DNA of 64,000 nt. Origin: Candidatus Kerfeldbacteria bacterium. GTDB taxonomy: Bacteria > Patescibacteriota > Patescibacteriia > UBA10025 > JAHIVO01. The notes below the pieces were generated by a model, which worked only from the letters and a program-made list of their open reading frames with translations, was not told where the DNA came from and did no database searches. The DNA is taken from NCBI GenBank assembly GCA_047946875.1, contig CP181398.1:399154-463153 (forward strand). Direction: 5' to 3'. The translations under genes and the position numbers were made by a program. Every line of letters starts with the position of its first letter. Positions within the stretch are counted from its first letter, which is position 1. Of this stretch, positions 1-10,178 are shown piece after piece.

Positions 1-2
1 TT

Positions 3-725
3 TTTATTCTTGGTAATGGTAGTAATATTTTAGTTTCTGATCATGGCTTTAACGGATTAGTAATAAAAATGGAGAATAATGATATTAAATTTAAGGGTGA
101 TACTGTGTATGCAGAAGCAGGGGTAAAAGTTCAAAAATTAATTCGAGAAAGTATTACACATAGTTTAACTGGATTTGAATTTTTAATGTCTATTCCTGGA
201 ACAATTGGTGGGGGAATAGTAGGAAATATTGGTACGCCGACCGAATGGATTGACAAAACTATAATTGAGGTAGAAATATTAAACAGAAAGAATAAAAAAG
301 AAATTATTCCGAAATCACAATGCGATTTTTCTTATCGTTTTAGTCGTTTTAAGTATAGTAGTGATGATGTAATCTTGGGAGCAAAGTTTCAATTGAGAAA
401 AGCTAGCCAAACAATAATTCAAGAGAAGGTAAAAAACTTTTTAGGTAATCGTTCGCATCAACCTATTATAGACCCGTGTGCAGGTTCCATTTTCAAGAAT
501 CCTGAAGGTAAGAAGACTTGGCAACTGGTAGATGAGGTTGATATGAGAGGAAAAGTTATAGGTGGAGCTAAAGTTTCTGATGATCATTCAAACTTTATAA
601 TTAATAAAGGTAAAGCAACAGCTGAGGATGTGGTAGTATTGATAAGTCTAATTAAACAACAGGTTAGAGATAAGCTAGGAGTGCAGTTACAAGAGGAAAT
701 TAAATATATTGGCTTTGATGAGTAG
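3..725 (+). CDS. murB: UDP-N-acetylenolpyruvoylglucosamine reductase MurB, C-terminal part (5' end lies outside the window)
   Basis: The reading frame is open from base 3 (ILGNGSNILVSDHGF...). The MurB C-terminal domain motifs GGxxVGNxG, SIFKNP and FIINKG are present. Confidence 0.75.
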   Translation, partial: FILGNGSNILVSDHGFNGLVIKMENNDIKFKGDTVYAEAGVKVQKLIRESITHSLTGFEFLMSIPGTIGGGIVGNIGTPTEWIDKTIIEVEILNRKNKKEIIPKSQCDFSYRFSRFKYSSDDVILGAKFQLRKASQTIIQEKVKNFLGNRSHQPIIDPCAGSIFKNPEGKKTWQLVDEVDMRGKVIGGAKVSDDHSNFIINKGKATAEDVVVLISLIKQQVRDKLGVQLQEEIKYIGFDE

Positions 726-787
726 CGGTTGAATAAAAGTTGGAATTAAGTTAATATAATAGAAATAATTAATTTAGTATTTTATAT

Positions 788-3562
788 ATGGCACTGTTTT
801 CTAAGTTATTTGGAGACCCAAATTTAAAAGTTATAAAAGCTTATAAACCTATTGTAGATAAGGTAAATTCACTTGAAGAAGAAATAAAGAAATTAAGTGA
901 TTCAGACTTAACTAATAAGACCAAATTTTTCAAAGAAGAGCTAAAGAAAGGTAAAAAATTGGATGATATTTTACCTGAAGCTTTTGCCGTGGTTCGAGAA
1001 GCTATTAATAGAACTTTGGGGCAGAGAGCTTATGATGTTCAAATGATGTCTGCTATCACTTTACATCAAGGTAAAATTAGTGAGCAAAAAACCGGTGAAG
1101 GTAAAACTTTATCTGCTACTATTGCTGCGTATTTAAATTCTCTTACTGAAGATGGTGTTCATGTTATTACTGTCAATGATTATTTAGCAAAAAGAGACGC
1201 TGGTTGGTATGGAGAGGCTTTGAATAGATTAGGAGTTACAATTGGTTGTATCGCTCATGACCAAGCATTTATCTTGGATATGGATTACAAAGCTGATGAC
1301 GTTTTTGATGAAAGATTAACTCATCTGAAGTTAGTTGATAGAAAAGAAGCCTATAAAGCTGATATAACTTATGGCACTAATAATGAGTTTGGTTTTGATT
1401 ATCTCCGTGATAATATGGCCCCATCTTTGGAGAATAAAGTACAAAGAGGGTTAAACTTTACTATTGTAGATGAGGTTGATAGTATCTTGATCGATGAAGC
1501 TAGGACCCCACTTATTATTTCCTCACCGGCCGGTGAATCTGGTGATAAATATTATCAATTTGCAAAACATGTAAACTCTTTAGAGGAGGGCGGAGATTAT
1601 AATATTGATGAAAAAATGAGAGCAGCAACCTTAACTGATCAAGGTATTAGTAAAATAGAAAAAATACTCGGTATCGGAAATATCTATGAAGCAGATGGGA
1701 TAGAAACTGTTCATCATGTAGAGCAGGCGTTGAAAGCAAAAGCATTATTTAAAAAAGATAAAGACTATGTAGTAAAAGAAGGGGAGGTTGTCATAGTAGA
1801 TGAGTTTACTGGTCGTCTGATGTTTGGTAGAAGATATTCAGAAGGTTTGCATCAAGCTATAGAAGCTAAGGAAAATGTTGATATTAAACAAGAAAGTCAG
1901 ACAATGGCCACTATTACATTTCAGAATTATTTTAGAATATATAAAAAATTATCAGGAATGACTGGTACAGCTGCGACTGAAGCAGAAGAATTTCATAAAA
2001 TATATGAATTAGAAGTTGTTGTTATTCCAACTAACAAAGATTTAGAAAGAGATGATAAACAAGATAGTATTTATAAGAATACTCATGGTAAATATCAGGC
2101 AATTGTTAGAGAAATAAAAATCCGTAATGAACTAGGACAGCCAATTCTTATTGGTACTATTTCCATAGATAAAAATGAAATTTTAAGTCAACTTCTTGAT
2201 AGAGAAGGTGTTAAGCATAACTTATTAAATGCTAAGAATCATGAAAAAGAAGCAGTGGTATTAGCACAAGCTGGTGCATTTGGAGCAGTAACCGTAGCGA
2301 CTAATATGGCTGGACGTGGCGTTGATATTATATTAGGTGGATCACAGGCTTCAAAAGAAGAGCAAGAAAAAATTAAGAGTTTAGGAGGATTACATGTGAT
2401 TGGTACAGAAAGACATGAATCTAGGCGTATTGATAATCAATTGCGTGGTCGAGCTGGTCGTCAGGGAGATCCTGGATCAACACAATTTTTTGTATCTATG
2501 GATGATGATTTGATGAGGATATTTGGATCAGATAGAATGAAAGGTTTAATGGAAAAATTAGGAGTACCTGATGATATGCCTATAGAAAATGCAATGATAA
2601 CAAAATCAATAGAATCAGCACAAAAGAAGGTAGAATCTCATAATTTTGATACTAGAAAACACCTAGTAGAATATGATGATGTTATTAATAAACATAGGGA
2701 AGTAATATATAAGAAAAGGGAAGAATTGTTAAATATCGCAGAAAATAAAGATATTCCAGAAGAAGAAAGAACAAAGCAATCAAAAGAGAAAATTTTTGAA
2801 CTTATAGAAGGAGAGATAGAGCAAGTAGTATCATTTCATACAGCGTCAGAGCAAGAAGGAACTTGGAATTTAGATGAAGTATATGAAGTTGTAGACACTA
2901 TCTTCCCTGTGAGTTTGGAAAGTAGGATAAGATTAGAAGATATTAGAGAAACAGCCGGTGATAAAGAGCAAGATGCAAAATCAAGAACATCAATTGTAAA
3001 ATATTTGATGACTTTAGTGACTAAAGAATATGAAAATCTAGGAAGTAAGATGAATGAACAAATTACAATGCTTATAGTTGAGAAGGCTGTTTACCTTAGA
3101 GCGATTGACACGTTATGGATTGAGCATTTAGATTTGATGGATCATCTAAGACAGGGGATTGGGTTGAGAGGATATGGTCAACAAGATCCATTAGTAGCAT
3201 ACAAGAAAGAAGGTTATAGATTATTTAATGAATTAATAAATAGTATTCAAAAAAATGTTGTTTATACTATTTTCAAAGTAGGTATGGCTCAACAAGTAGG
3301 ACAGACACCAATGGCTACTAGGCCTCAACAATTTTCAGCTCCAGCCAAAACGTCTGATCAAGCACCTGCTTCTCCTTATCAAAACATGTCTTCTGACACT
3401 AAATCAACTTCTGCTGTTAAAAATCCTGAAGTAAAAACAGTTGGTGATACAAAACAAACAGCTGGCGGTAATTTGAAGACAAAAGATGGAGTCAAAGTGG
3501 GAAGAAATGATCCATGTCCATGTGGGTCAGGTAAAAAATATAAGAAATGCCACGGAAAATAA
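788..3562 (+). CDS. secA: preprotein translocase ATPase SecA
   Basis: A 924-aa protein with the DEAD-like motor (GEGKTL, DEVDSILIDEARTPLIIS). It ends in the C-terminal zinc-binding tail CPCGSGKKYKKCHG. Confidence 0.95.
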   Translation: MALFSKLFGDPNLKVIKAYKPIVDKVNSLEEEIKKLSDSDLTNKTKFFKEELKKGKKLDDILPEAFAVVREAINRTLGQRAYDVQMMSAITLHQGKISEQKTGEGKTLSATIAAYLNSLTEDGVHVITVNDYLAKRDAGWYGEALNRLGVTIGCIAHDQAFILDMDYKADDVFDERLTHLKLVDRKEAYKADITYGTNNEFGFDYLRDNMAPSLENKVQRGLNFTIVDEVDSILIDEARTPLIISSPAGESGDKYYQFAKHVNSLEEGGDYNIDEKMRAATLTDQGISKIEKILGIGNIYEADGIETVHHVEQALKAKALFKKDKDYVVKEGEVVIVDEFTGRLMFGRRYSEGLHQAIEAKENVDIKQESQTMATITFQNYFRIYKKLSGMTGTAATEAEEFHKIYELEVVVIPTNKDLERDDKQDSIYKNTHGKYQAIVREIKIRNELGQPILIGTISIDKNEILSQLLDREGVKHNLLNAKNHEKEAVVLAQAGAFGAVTVATNMAGRGVDIILGGSQASKEEQEKIKSLGGLHVIGTERHESRRIDNQLRGRAGRQGDPGSTQFFVSMDDDLMRIFGSDRMKGLMEKLGVPDDMPIENAMITKSIESAQKKVESHNFDTRKHLVEYDDVINKHREVIYKKREELLNIAENKDIPEEERTKQSKEKIFELIEGEIEQVVSFHTASEQEGTWNLDEVYEVVDTIFPVSLESRIRLEDIRETAGDKEQDAKSRTSIVKYLMTLVTKEYENLGSKMNEQITMLIVEKAVYLRAIDTLWIEHLDLMDHLRQGIGLRGYGQQDPLVAYKKEGYRLFNELINSIQKNVVYTIFKVGMAQQVGQTPMATRPQQFSAPAKTSDQAPASPYQNMSSDTKSTSAVKNPEVKTVGDTKQTAGGNLKTKDGVKVGRNDPCPCGSGKKYKKCHGK

Positions 3563-3849
3563 GGGTTATATTTATTTACGAGTAACAAATTTGTTCACTT
3601 AAATAATTGATACTTAATACAATATATTTGTTTTTAATAAATTTATTGTATATATTTTTGATTTAGTGTATACTATACACGTAAGAAAAAATAGAAATAA
3701 ATTTTGGCAAAGCCGGATCAGGCTCTGCCTGAATAAAGCTTCTTAAAAAAGCACATTGACATGGTGATATATACTCACTCATATTTTGCTTTGTATTTAC
3801 ATCTTAGCAGGCACATAACATCAGACATCTTTAGAAAGGAGTGCTTGTG

Positions 3850-4326
3850 ATGTTAAATTTATTCGGAAAAAAAGGTAAGAGGTCGAAAACAGATTACCTC
3901 TTTGTGATGTTAGCAATCTGGACAAGCGTACAGTTCGTCATGATTATAGTAGAATTTATTAAGTATGAAAATTTTACTGTACCAGGCGGAATGCCATTTG
4001 GTTACTTTATGCTTCTCTTGCTTTACATTATAAAAAAAGAATCTGATCGCTGGCTTAAAATTCATTGGGAAAAAAGAGTAGGTGAATTTTATCTGATTGG
4101 CTGGTTTGTAGCTATGATGATAATGTTCATAATTGAATTTTCTACTGACGGTGAATACAAAGTTCCGCGGAAACTATTTGAAACGATAATCGCTATTGTA
4201 GTCGCCTATATTGGATCTATGTCTTCTATAATTATTCATTACTTAGTAACTTCTAAGAATGGTAGTGGAATTATAAAAGACTATTTCAAATATAGAGAAG
4301 ATACTAAAAATGCGAATAGTAAATAA
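3850..4326 (+). CDS. hypothetical integral membrane protein
   Basis: Four predicted TM helices. An AGGAG RBS sits 8 nt upstream of the ATG at 3850, so the GTG at 3841 in the ORF track is probably not the start. Confidence 0.5.
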   Translation: MLNLFGKKGKRSKTDYLFVMLAIWTSVQFVMIIVEFIKYENFTVPGGMPFGYFMLLLLYIIKKESDRWLKIHWEKRVGEFYLIGWFVAMMIMFIIEFSTDGEYKVPRKLFETIIAIVVAYIGSMSSIIIHYLVTSKNGSGIIKDYFKYREDTKNANSK

Positions 4327-4593
4327 ACAGTTAAACGTTTTTAGAAGGTAGGAAAAAATGCAGGAAAATGCACAGTGCAATTTTCTGGTGGGAGTCAATA
4401 ATTGTCCAAATTTTATTGATTCCTCGTGAGTATATTCTTTTATACATATAGTTCTCGCCCGCTAGCGCCTAAGGCGTAGCCAATGGCGGATGGGTAGTGC
4501 CAATTATATGTAATGTCAATACAACCAACACCCTGATTTTTAATTAAATTGGGGTGTTTTTGTACTAAATATGATACAATTTAATAAGATTAT

Positions 4594-4962
4594 ATGAAAC
4601 AAACTCTTATAGCTCCATGTGGAATGAATTGCGCAATATGTAAAGGGTTTCTTCGAAAAAATATCAAATGTCCTGGGTGTTATGTGGGCAGAAAGATTAA
4701 TGGCAGGTGTCTGAAATGTATAATAAGTCATTGTCTTAAAAGATTAAAAAATAATTGGCGTTTTTGCTATAAATGTGACACTTTCCCTTGTGTTCGTATG
4801 AAACAGCTTGATGAACGTTATAAGAAGAATTATGACGTTAGTTTAATAGGTAATCAAAAATATATTCAAAGATATGGAATTCAGAAATTTGTACGACGTG
4901 AAAAGAAGAAATGGCTAAAGGGTAAACAAGTTTTATGTGTTCATGATAAGCAATTATATTAG
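4594..4962 (+). CDS. cysteine-rich putative metal-binding protein (DUF3795-like)
   Basis: Twelve Cys arranged as CGMNCAIC...CPGC...CLKC...CYKC. Confidence 0.45.
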   Translation: MKQTLIAPCGMNCAICKGFLRKNIKCPGCYVGRKINGRCLKCIISHCLKRLKNNWRFCYKCDTFPCVRMKQLDERYKKNYDVSLIGNQKYIQRYGIQKFVRREKKKWLKGKQVLCVHDKQLY

Positions 4963-5020
4963 AATTGAATTCTTGAATGTGTTATAGTTAATTAACTTAA
5001 TAAGAAATTATTTATTAAAT

Positions 5021-5278
5021 ATGAAAAAAATATTAATCCCAGTTATCATTATAATTTTAATAGTAGTCGGTATATTAGTAGTATATTTTGTAAATAAGAC
5101 TGATAATCAAAATATAAACATTGAGCCGTTGACCAATGCTGGTGCTAGTGATTTATCCTGTGATGTAAATGCTGACTGTGTAGATATATGTGACAAAAGT
5201 AATAAATGTTTGATACCAAGTTGTACTAAGAATCCTACAAAAGTTAGGGGTACATGTACTTGTTTGGCAGAATGCTAA
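5021..5278 (+). CDS. small secreted/membrane-anchored cysteine-rich protein
   Basis: An N-terminal TM/signal-anchor (ILIPVIIIILIVVGILVVYFV) followed by 10 Cys in about 45 aa. Confidence 0.45.
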   Translation: MKKILIPVIIIILIVVGILVVYFVNKTDNQNINIEPLTNAGASDLSCDVNADCVDICDKSNKCLIPSCTKNPTKVRGTCTCLAEC

Positions 5279-5308
5279 TAATAAATTAATAAAATTTACG
5301 ATAAAAAT

Positions 5309-6181
5309 ATGAGCACCATTGAAGTTAAGAATTTAAAGAAATATTTCAAAGATACAAAAGCTGTTGATGATATAACTTTTAATGTAGAAAAAGGGGAAAT
5401 TTTTGGTTTCCTTGGACCTAATGGTGCTGGTAAAACAACTACTATTCGAACGATGATGGATTTCATTAGACCTACTTCAGGTGAAATTAAAATATTAGGA
5501 ATGGATGCACAAAAAGATGCAGTAGAATTAAAAAAGAAAATTGGTTATTTATCAGGTTATATTCAGTTATATCCCAAGTGGACAGGCCAAACCCACATTG
5601 ATTTTGTAAAACAGTTAAATGGTGATATTGATATATCTAAAAAATTGATTGAAAGGTTTAATTTTGATCCAACTATAAAAACAAAAAAATTATCTTCAGG
5701 TAATAGACAGAAACTAGGAATAATAATAGCTTTTATGACAAAACCAGAATTATTAATTATGGATGAGCCTACTAATGCACTAGATCCGTTATTACAAAAT
5801 GAGGTTTATGAATTAATTGAAGAAGTTACTGGGGAAGGTGCAACAGTATTTATGTCTTCACATAATTTAGCGGAGGTAGATAAGGTTTGTAGTAGAGTGG
5901 GTATCATCAAGCAAGGAAAGATGGTAGCTATGGAAGATATTATTTCTCTTAAGGCAAAGAGGATTTATTCTGTTACAGCTAGATTTGCAGAAAAGCAAGA
6001 TGCTAGTTCTATACAGCTTGAGGGATTAACAATTCAAAAAGAAATAATGGGAGGTTACATCCTAAATTATAAGGGAGATATTAATAATCTAATTAAGTAT
6101 TTCAATGATAAGAAGCTAAATGATGTACAGATCGAGCACGCTTCCCTGGAAGATATATTTTTAGAGTTTTACTCCAATTAA
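5309..6181 (+). CDS. ABC transporter ATP-binding protein (ABC-2 type)
   Basis: Walker A GPNGAGKTT, signature LSSGNRQK, Walker B LLIMDEPT, H-loop SSHNL. Confidence 0.85.
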   Translation: MSTIEVKNLKKYFKDTKAVDDITFNVEKGEIFGFLGPNGAGKTTTIRTMMDFIRPTSGEIKILGMDAQKDAVELKKKIGYLSGYIQLYPKWTGQTHIDFVKQLNGDIDISKKLIERFNFDPTIKTKKLSSGNRQKLGIIIAFMTKPELLIMDEPTNALDPLLQNEVYELIEEVTGEGATVFMSSHNLAEVDKVCSRVGIIKQGKMVAMEDIISLKAKRIYSVTARFAEKQDASSIQLEGLTIQKEIMGGYILNYKGDINNLIKYFNDKKLNDVQIEHASLEDIFLEFYSN

Positions 6182-6186
6182 TAGAT

Positions 6187-6987
6187 ATGTTTACATTAAT
6201 TTTTAGAACTTTATTAGATAGAAAGAATTCAATAATAATGTTTGTTGGGACTGGAGTTGGTTTACTTTGGTTGTATGTTTTGTTATTTCCTTTTTTTCAG
6301 GACGTTGGGGCGGATATATTTAGTTTGTTTGAATCAGTAGAAGGTTTGAAAGACATTATTCCGTTAGATCCTGCCTTGTTTGATTCTATTGAAAATTTTT
6401 TAGCATTGGAGCAATATAACCTGATAGTCCCTCTTTTAGTCGCTATATTACTTATGGGTATTTCGGCTAATGGTTTGGCAGGAGATATCGAGTTTGGAAC
6501 AGTTGAGATAGTATTGTCTAGGTCATTATCAAGAATGAAGATATTTTTTAGCCATTATCTTGCAGGGATAATTGCTTTGATACTATTTGTAGCTTTTACT
6601 TCACTGATGATCGTGCCGTTTGGCGAGCTACATAATCTAGAATATAATTTAGATAATTTTATCAAGATATCGGTCTTAGTCTTGTTATTTGGTTGGGCTG
6701 TATTTTCTGTGGCAATGATGGTTTCAGCGATGGTTTCAGAAAAGAGTAGGGTTAGCATGATTATTGGCGGAGGTTTGATAGTTATGTACGTAATTCAGAT
6801 TGCCTCAAAATCTTTGGATAAAATTGATTTCATTAAATATCTATCTTTTTTTTATTATTATGATTATGAAGCAGCTTTGTTGCATAATACAATTTCCGGT
6901 ACAAGTATAACATTTTTTTGTATTGTAGCTGTCGTGACTACGATTGTAGGAGCTTGGTGGTATAATAAAAGAGATATAGCAGTATAA
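6187..6987 (+). CDS. ABC-2 family transporter permease
   Basis: Six TM helices. It lies immediately downstream of the ABC ATPase and is paralogous to the next gene (shared LFGWAV, FFxYYD). Confidence 0.7.
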   Translation: MFTLIFRTLLDRKNSIIMFVGTGVGLLWLYVLLFPFFQDVGADIFSLFESVEGLKDIIPLDPALFDSIENFLALEQYNLIVPLLVAILLMGISANGLAGDIEFGTVEIVLSRSLSRMKIFFSHYLAGIIALILFVAFTSLMIVPFGELHNLEYNLDNFIKISVLVLLFGWAVFSVAMMVSAMVSEKSRVSMIIGGGLIVMYVIQIASKSLDKIDFIKYLSFFYYYDYEAALLHNTISGTSITFFCIVAVVTTIVGAWWYNKRDIAV

Positions 6988-6996
6988 ATATAAATT

Positions 6997-7809
6997 ATGT
7001 GGACAATATTTACTAGAACAATAATAGATAAAAAATATTCACTGTTAGTATATCTGATAGTAGGTATAGCTTTACTGTGGATGTATATTGCTATGTTTCC
7101 AGCAATTCAAACTCAAGGCGAGGTTATGGTAAAACTGATTGAGCAATTTCCAGAAAATGTTCAGAAAATCATGGAGGGGTTAGGGGCTGATGCAGTTAGT
7201 ATGACTACGATCGAGGGTTTATTGGCCAGCAAGCAATACAGTCTCATTTGGCCATTACTTGCGATTTTACTGGTGGCTGGCTTTGCTGGAGCAACGATAG
7301 CTGGAGAGATAGAACGTGGGGTTTTTGAGCTGACTTTATCAAGGCCTATTTCAAGAACCAAAATACTGATGGCTAGATATTTAGCTGGTTTAGTAATGAT
7401 TTTTGTATTTACGTTTCTTTCTATATATTCAATAATTCCTTTGGCTGGAATGTATGATATTGAATTGCAGTTATCTAATATTTTTAAATTATCTATTTTA
7501 GCATTTTTATTTGGTTGGGCGGTTTTGAGTATGTCTTTGTTTTTCTCTACATTATTTTCAGAAAAAGCTAGGACATTTGCTTTGATTGGGGGATTGATGA
7601 TGGGAATGTATATATTAAATACTGTTGCATTAGTTTCAGAAAAATTTGAAGTAATTAGGTACACATCTTTTTTTCATTATTTTGATACTGTTGGTTCACT
7701 GATTAATAATACAATTGGGCAAACTTCCATTATAGTGTTTGTAATATGTATTGTGGTATTCACTTCCTTAAGTATATATTTTTTTAACAAAAGAGATATT
7801 GCAGTATAG
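6997..7809 (+). CDS. ABC-2 family transporter permease (paralog)
   Basis: Six TM helices with the same architecture as 6187-6987. Confidence 0.7.
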   Translation: MWTIFTRTIIDKKYSLLVYLIVGIALLWMYIAMFPAIQTQGEVMVKLIEQFPENVQKIMEGLGADAVSMTTIEGLLASKQYSLIWPLLAILLVAGFAGATIAGEIERGVFELTLSRPISRTKILMARYLAGLVMIFVFTFLSIYSIIPLAGMYDIELQLSNIFKLSILAFLFGWAVLSMSLFFSTLFSEKARTFALIGGLMMGMYILNTVALVSEKFEVIRYTSFFHYFDTVGSLINNTIGQTSIIVFVICIVVFTSLSIYFFNKRDIAV

Positions 7810-7842
7810 ATAATAAAAGTAAGGGTGTTATTCAATTTTTTG

Positions 7843-7880
7843 CGCGCCTGCCTGCCGGTAGGCAGGCTTTTTATTTTGGA
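7843..7880 (+). terminator. rho-independent terminator of the ABC-2 operon
   Basis: A GCCTGCC-GGTA-GGCAGGC hairpin followed by TTTTTATTTT. Confidence 0.7.
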
Positions 7881-7902
7881 GAAAATTGTATATAATAAGC
7901 TT

Positions 7903-8271
7903 ATGTTAAATGATGAAGCAATTAGTTTAAAGAAACAAAAAATCAAATATTGGATATATATGGTTATTTTTTGGGCCTTGGGGATCCTGTTATCGATGTT
8001 TGTTCAAGATTTATTGTATGGCTGGGGTAATCCAAGAGTTATTACATCTTTTACTCATATTAAGAGTCGTTTAGGAGAAGTAATTGCTTTTGGGATGAGT
8101 GTTGTAGTTATTTTGTATTCAATAATCGCTACTGCATTATTAATCTACGGATCATTTAAACCTGGCTTGAAAAAGTTAAATTACCGAGGGTATTCGAAGG
8201 CACACAGTCTTGTATTATTTGCTCTTATTTTTTATACAGTGTTGTTTATGGTATTTTTTTATAAGTTTTAA
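7903..8271 (+). CDS. hypothetical membrane protein
   Basis: Three TM helices. The track ORF starts at 7825 but spans the upstream terminator, so the internal ATG at 7903 was chosen. The stop overlaps the rdgB start (ATGA). Confidence 0.4.
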   Translation: MLNDEAISLKKQKIKYWIYMVIFWALGILLSMFVQDLLYGWGNPRVITSFTHIKSRLGEVIAFGMSVVVILYSIIATALLIYGSFKPGLKKLNYRGYSKAHSLVLFALIFYTVLFMVFFYKF

Positions 8272-8870
8272 TGATGAAAAAGATTATTTTTGCTACACAT
8301 AACCCTGGTAAGATTAGAGAAATGAGAGATTTTTTGGGCGAAGGATTTGCAGTAATAACAGCTTCTGAAGCAGGAATATTAGAAGATGTAGTTGAGGATG
8401 GTAAAACTTTTGAAGAGAATGCACTTAAGAAAGCTAGATTTGTAAATAGTAAAACTAAAGAATGGTCTATGGCTGATGACTCTGGTTTATGTGTTGATGC
8501 TCTTGATGGTAGGCCAGGAATATATTCTGCAAGATGGGCTGGTGAGAATGCAACTGACGATGAGATATTAAGTAAGTTAATAGATGAACTAAAGGATGTA
8601 CCTCAAGAAAAAAGAACAGCAGTATTTAACAGCGCTGTAGCTCTTGTTTCACCTGATGGTAAAGAGTATACGTTCTCTGGACACATAAATGGTTCAATTC
8701 CTGAATTACAAGTCGGTGTAAATAACAAAAAACTTCCTTATGATTCTATATTTATTCCAGAGGGTCAAGATAAAACATTTGCTGAAATGACCAAAGAAGA
8801 AAAAAATAGCATTAGTCATAGGGGAATAGCGTTTAATAAACTTAAAGATTTTTTAAAAAATACAAATTAA
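8271..8870 (+). CDS. rdgB: non-canonical purine NTP pyrophosphatase (RdgB/Ham1 family)
   Basis: FATHNPGKIRE, SGLCVDALDGRPGIYSARWAG and ISHRG motifs of dITP/XTP pyrophosphatase. Confidence 0.85.
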   Translation: MMKKIIFATHNPGKIREMRDFLGEGFAVITASEAGILEDVVEDGKTFEENALKKARFVNSKTKEWSMADDSGLCVDALDGRPGIYSARWAGENATDDEILSKLIDELKDVPQEKRTAVFNSAVALVSPDGKEYTFSGHINGSIPELQVGVNNKKLPYDSIFIPEGQDKTFAEMTKEEKNSISHRGIAFNKLKDFLKNTN

Positions 8871-8873
8871 TAT

Positions 8874-9425
8874 ATGATAGATAATTTTTCAAATTTTATA
8901 ACATTGAGTACTTTAATCTCAAATATTGCTTTGGTGATTTTTCTTATTTTTTGGTATTTCATGAAAAAGAATGAAATAAATGTTTTGATTGTTTGGTTTA
9001 AAGAAAATGGATTACGAATTGCATTTCTTGCGTCTTTAGTTGCAGTGGCAAGTAGTCTATTTTATTCTGATTATGCATTGTACTTACCATGTAAATTATG
9101 CTGGATTCAGAGAATTTTTATGTACCCACAAGTAATATTATTAGGTATCGCTTTGTGGAAGCAAGACCTAGCAGTAAAAAAATACTCTATTTCATTGGCC
9201 GTGATCGGAGTGTTGTTTGCAATTTATCATTATCTTACTCAGAGATTTCCAAGTCTTGTATCAGCTGGATGTTCGGCAGGCGAAGCGGATTGTACTTATA
9301 AGTATGGTTTTGATTATGGTTATATTACTATACCAATAATGTCATTAACTATATTTTTGTTTATAATAGTTTTTGTCTGTATTTGGCAAAAGAAAAAAAT
9401 ATCAATTGATAATTTAGATAAATAA
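8874..9425 (+). CDS. disulfide bond formation protein B (DsbB/BdbC-like)
   Basis: Four TM helices with a CKLC pair (CKLCWIQRIFMYPQ) and a second Cys pair (CSAGEADC) in the loops. Confidence 0.65.
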   Translation: MIDNFSNFITLSTLISNIALVIFLIFWYFMKKNEINVLIVWFKENGLRIAFLASLVAVASSLFYSDYALYLPCKLCWIQRIFMYPQVILLGIALWKQDLAVKKYSISLAVIGVLFAIYHYLTQRFPSLVSAGCSAGEADCTYKYGFDYGYITIPIMSLTIFLFIIVFVCIWQKKKISIDNLDK

Positions 9426-9427
9426 AA

Positions 9428-9790
9428 ATGGAAAAAAAGAAATTAGTTTTAATTTACAATTTAGAAAGCTCACCAATCGTGCAAGCGATAGATTTGTTGT
9501 ATCGTGTTATGTCTCCAGCGACATTTAAATGTAATCTTAGTAAGTTAACGCATGATTTTTTTAATATGAAACCTGAGTGGCAAAAGTTTATCAGAGAAAT
9601 GCCAATAGATTTCAAATTCTATCACCGTGACATGTTCAAGAAGAAATATCCCGACTTCGTTACTGAATATCCTGTAGTACTACTAGAAAATGATGGTAAG
9701 TTTGAGAAATTTATCAGTCCAGAAGAAATGATAGGAATAACTTCATTACCTGAGCTAAAGGATCTTATAAGGCAGAGGGTTTCAAGTTAA
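9428..9790 (+). CDS. hypothetical protein
   Basis: A 120-aa ORF tightly packed after the dsbB-like gene. No recognisable motif. Confidence 0.45.
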   Translation: MEKKKLVLIYNLESSPIVQAIDLLYRVMSPATFKCNLSKLTHDFFNMKPEWQKFIREMPIDFKFYHRDMFKKKYPDFVTEYPVVLLENDGKFEKFISPEEMIGITSLPELKDLIRQRVSS

Positions 9791-9932
9791 TTAAGTAAAT
9801 AGTCTATTTATATAGCAAAAAAGACCAACTGTGGATAAATATTATTGACTTAATTATTTAAATTCGGTCTAAATAATGCTAAAGTATAGATGGAAATAAA
9901 AGTCATCCTTAAAATTATGATCGGAGCTTGTT

Positions 9933-10121
9933 ATGTGTTTATCAAATGATAATACAAACAAGGTTGTACCTTCGAAAAAAGTTACAAATCAAGCTCCTGC
10001 AAAAGGAGTTGATGCAAAAAAAGCTCAAGTAGCAACAGAGCCTCGTTGTAAGGTGTGTAGCGATTCAGGTGAATGGAAAAATGGGCACGGTTGTCCTGCT
10101 TGTAGAGCAGAAAGAATGTAA
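9933..10121 (+). CDS. small zinc-ribbon protein
   Basis: A GGAG RBS lies 6 nt upstream. It carries a CxxC-x12-CxxC arrangement and is followed by a hairpin terminator. Confidence 0.45.
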   Translation: MCLSNDNTNKVVPSKKVTNQAPAKGVDAKKAQVATEPRCKVCSDSGEWKNGHGCPACRAERM

Positions 10122-10127
10122 CAAATC

Positions 10128-10166
10128 AAAAAAGGAGATAATTAATTTTATCTCCTTTTATTTTAA
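10128..10166. terminator. bidirectional hairpin terminator between convergent genes
   Basis: AAGGAGATA-loop-TATCTCCTT with T runs on both sides. Confidence 0.6.
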
Positions 10167-10178
10167 TCTTGAAATTTT

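Noticed and set aside
7161-7664. A 167-aa minus-strand ORF inside the ABC-2 permease gene.
   Set aside because: It is entirely antisense to a well-supported 6-TM permease. The permease's paralog similarity supports the plus-strand gene.
7825-7902. Track start for ORF 7825-8271.
   Set aside because: The first 26 codons span the strong rho-independent terminator at 7843-7880 of the upstream operon, so the internal ATG at 7903 was used.
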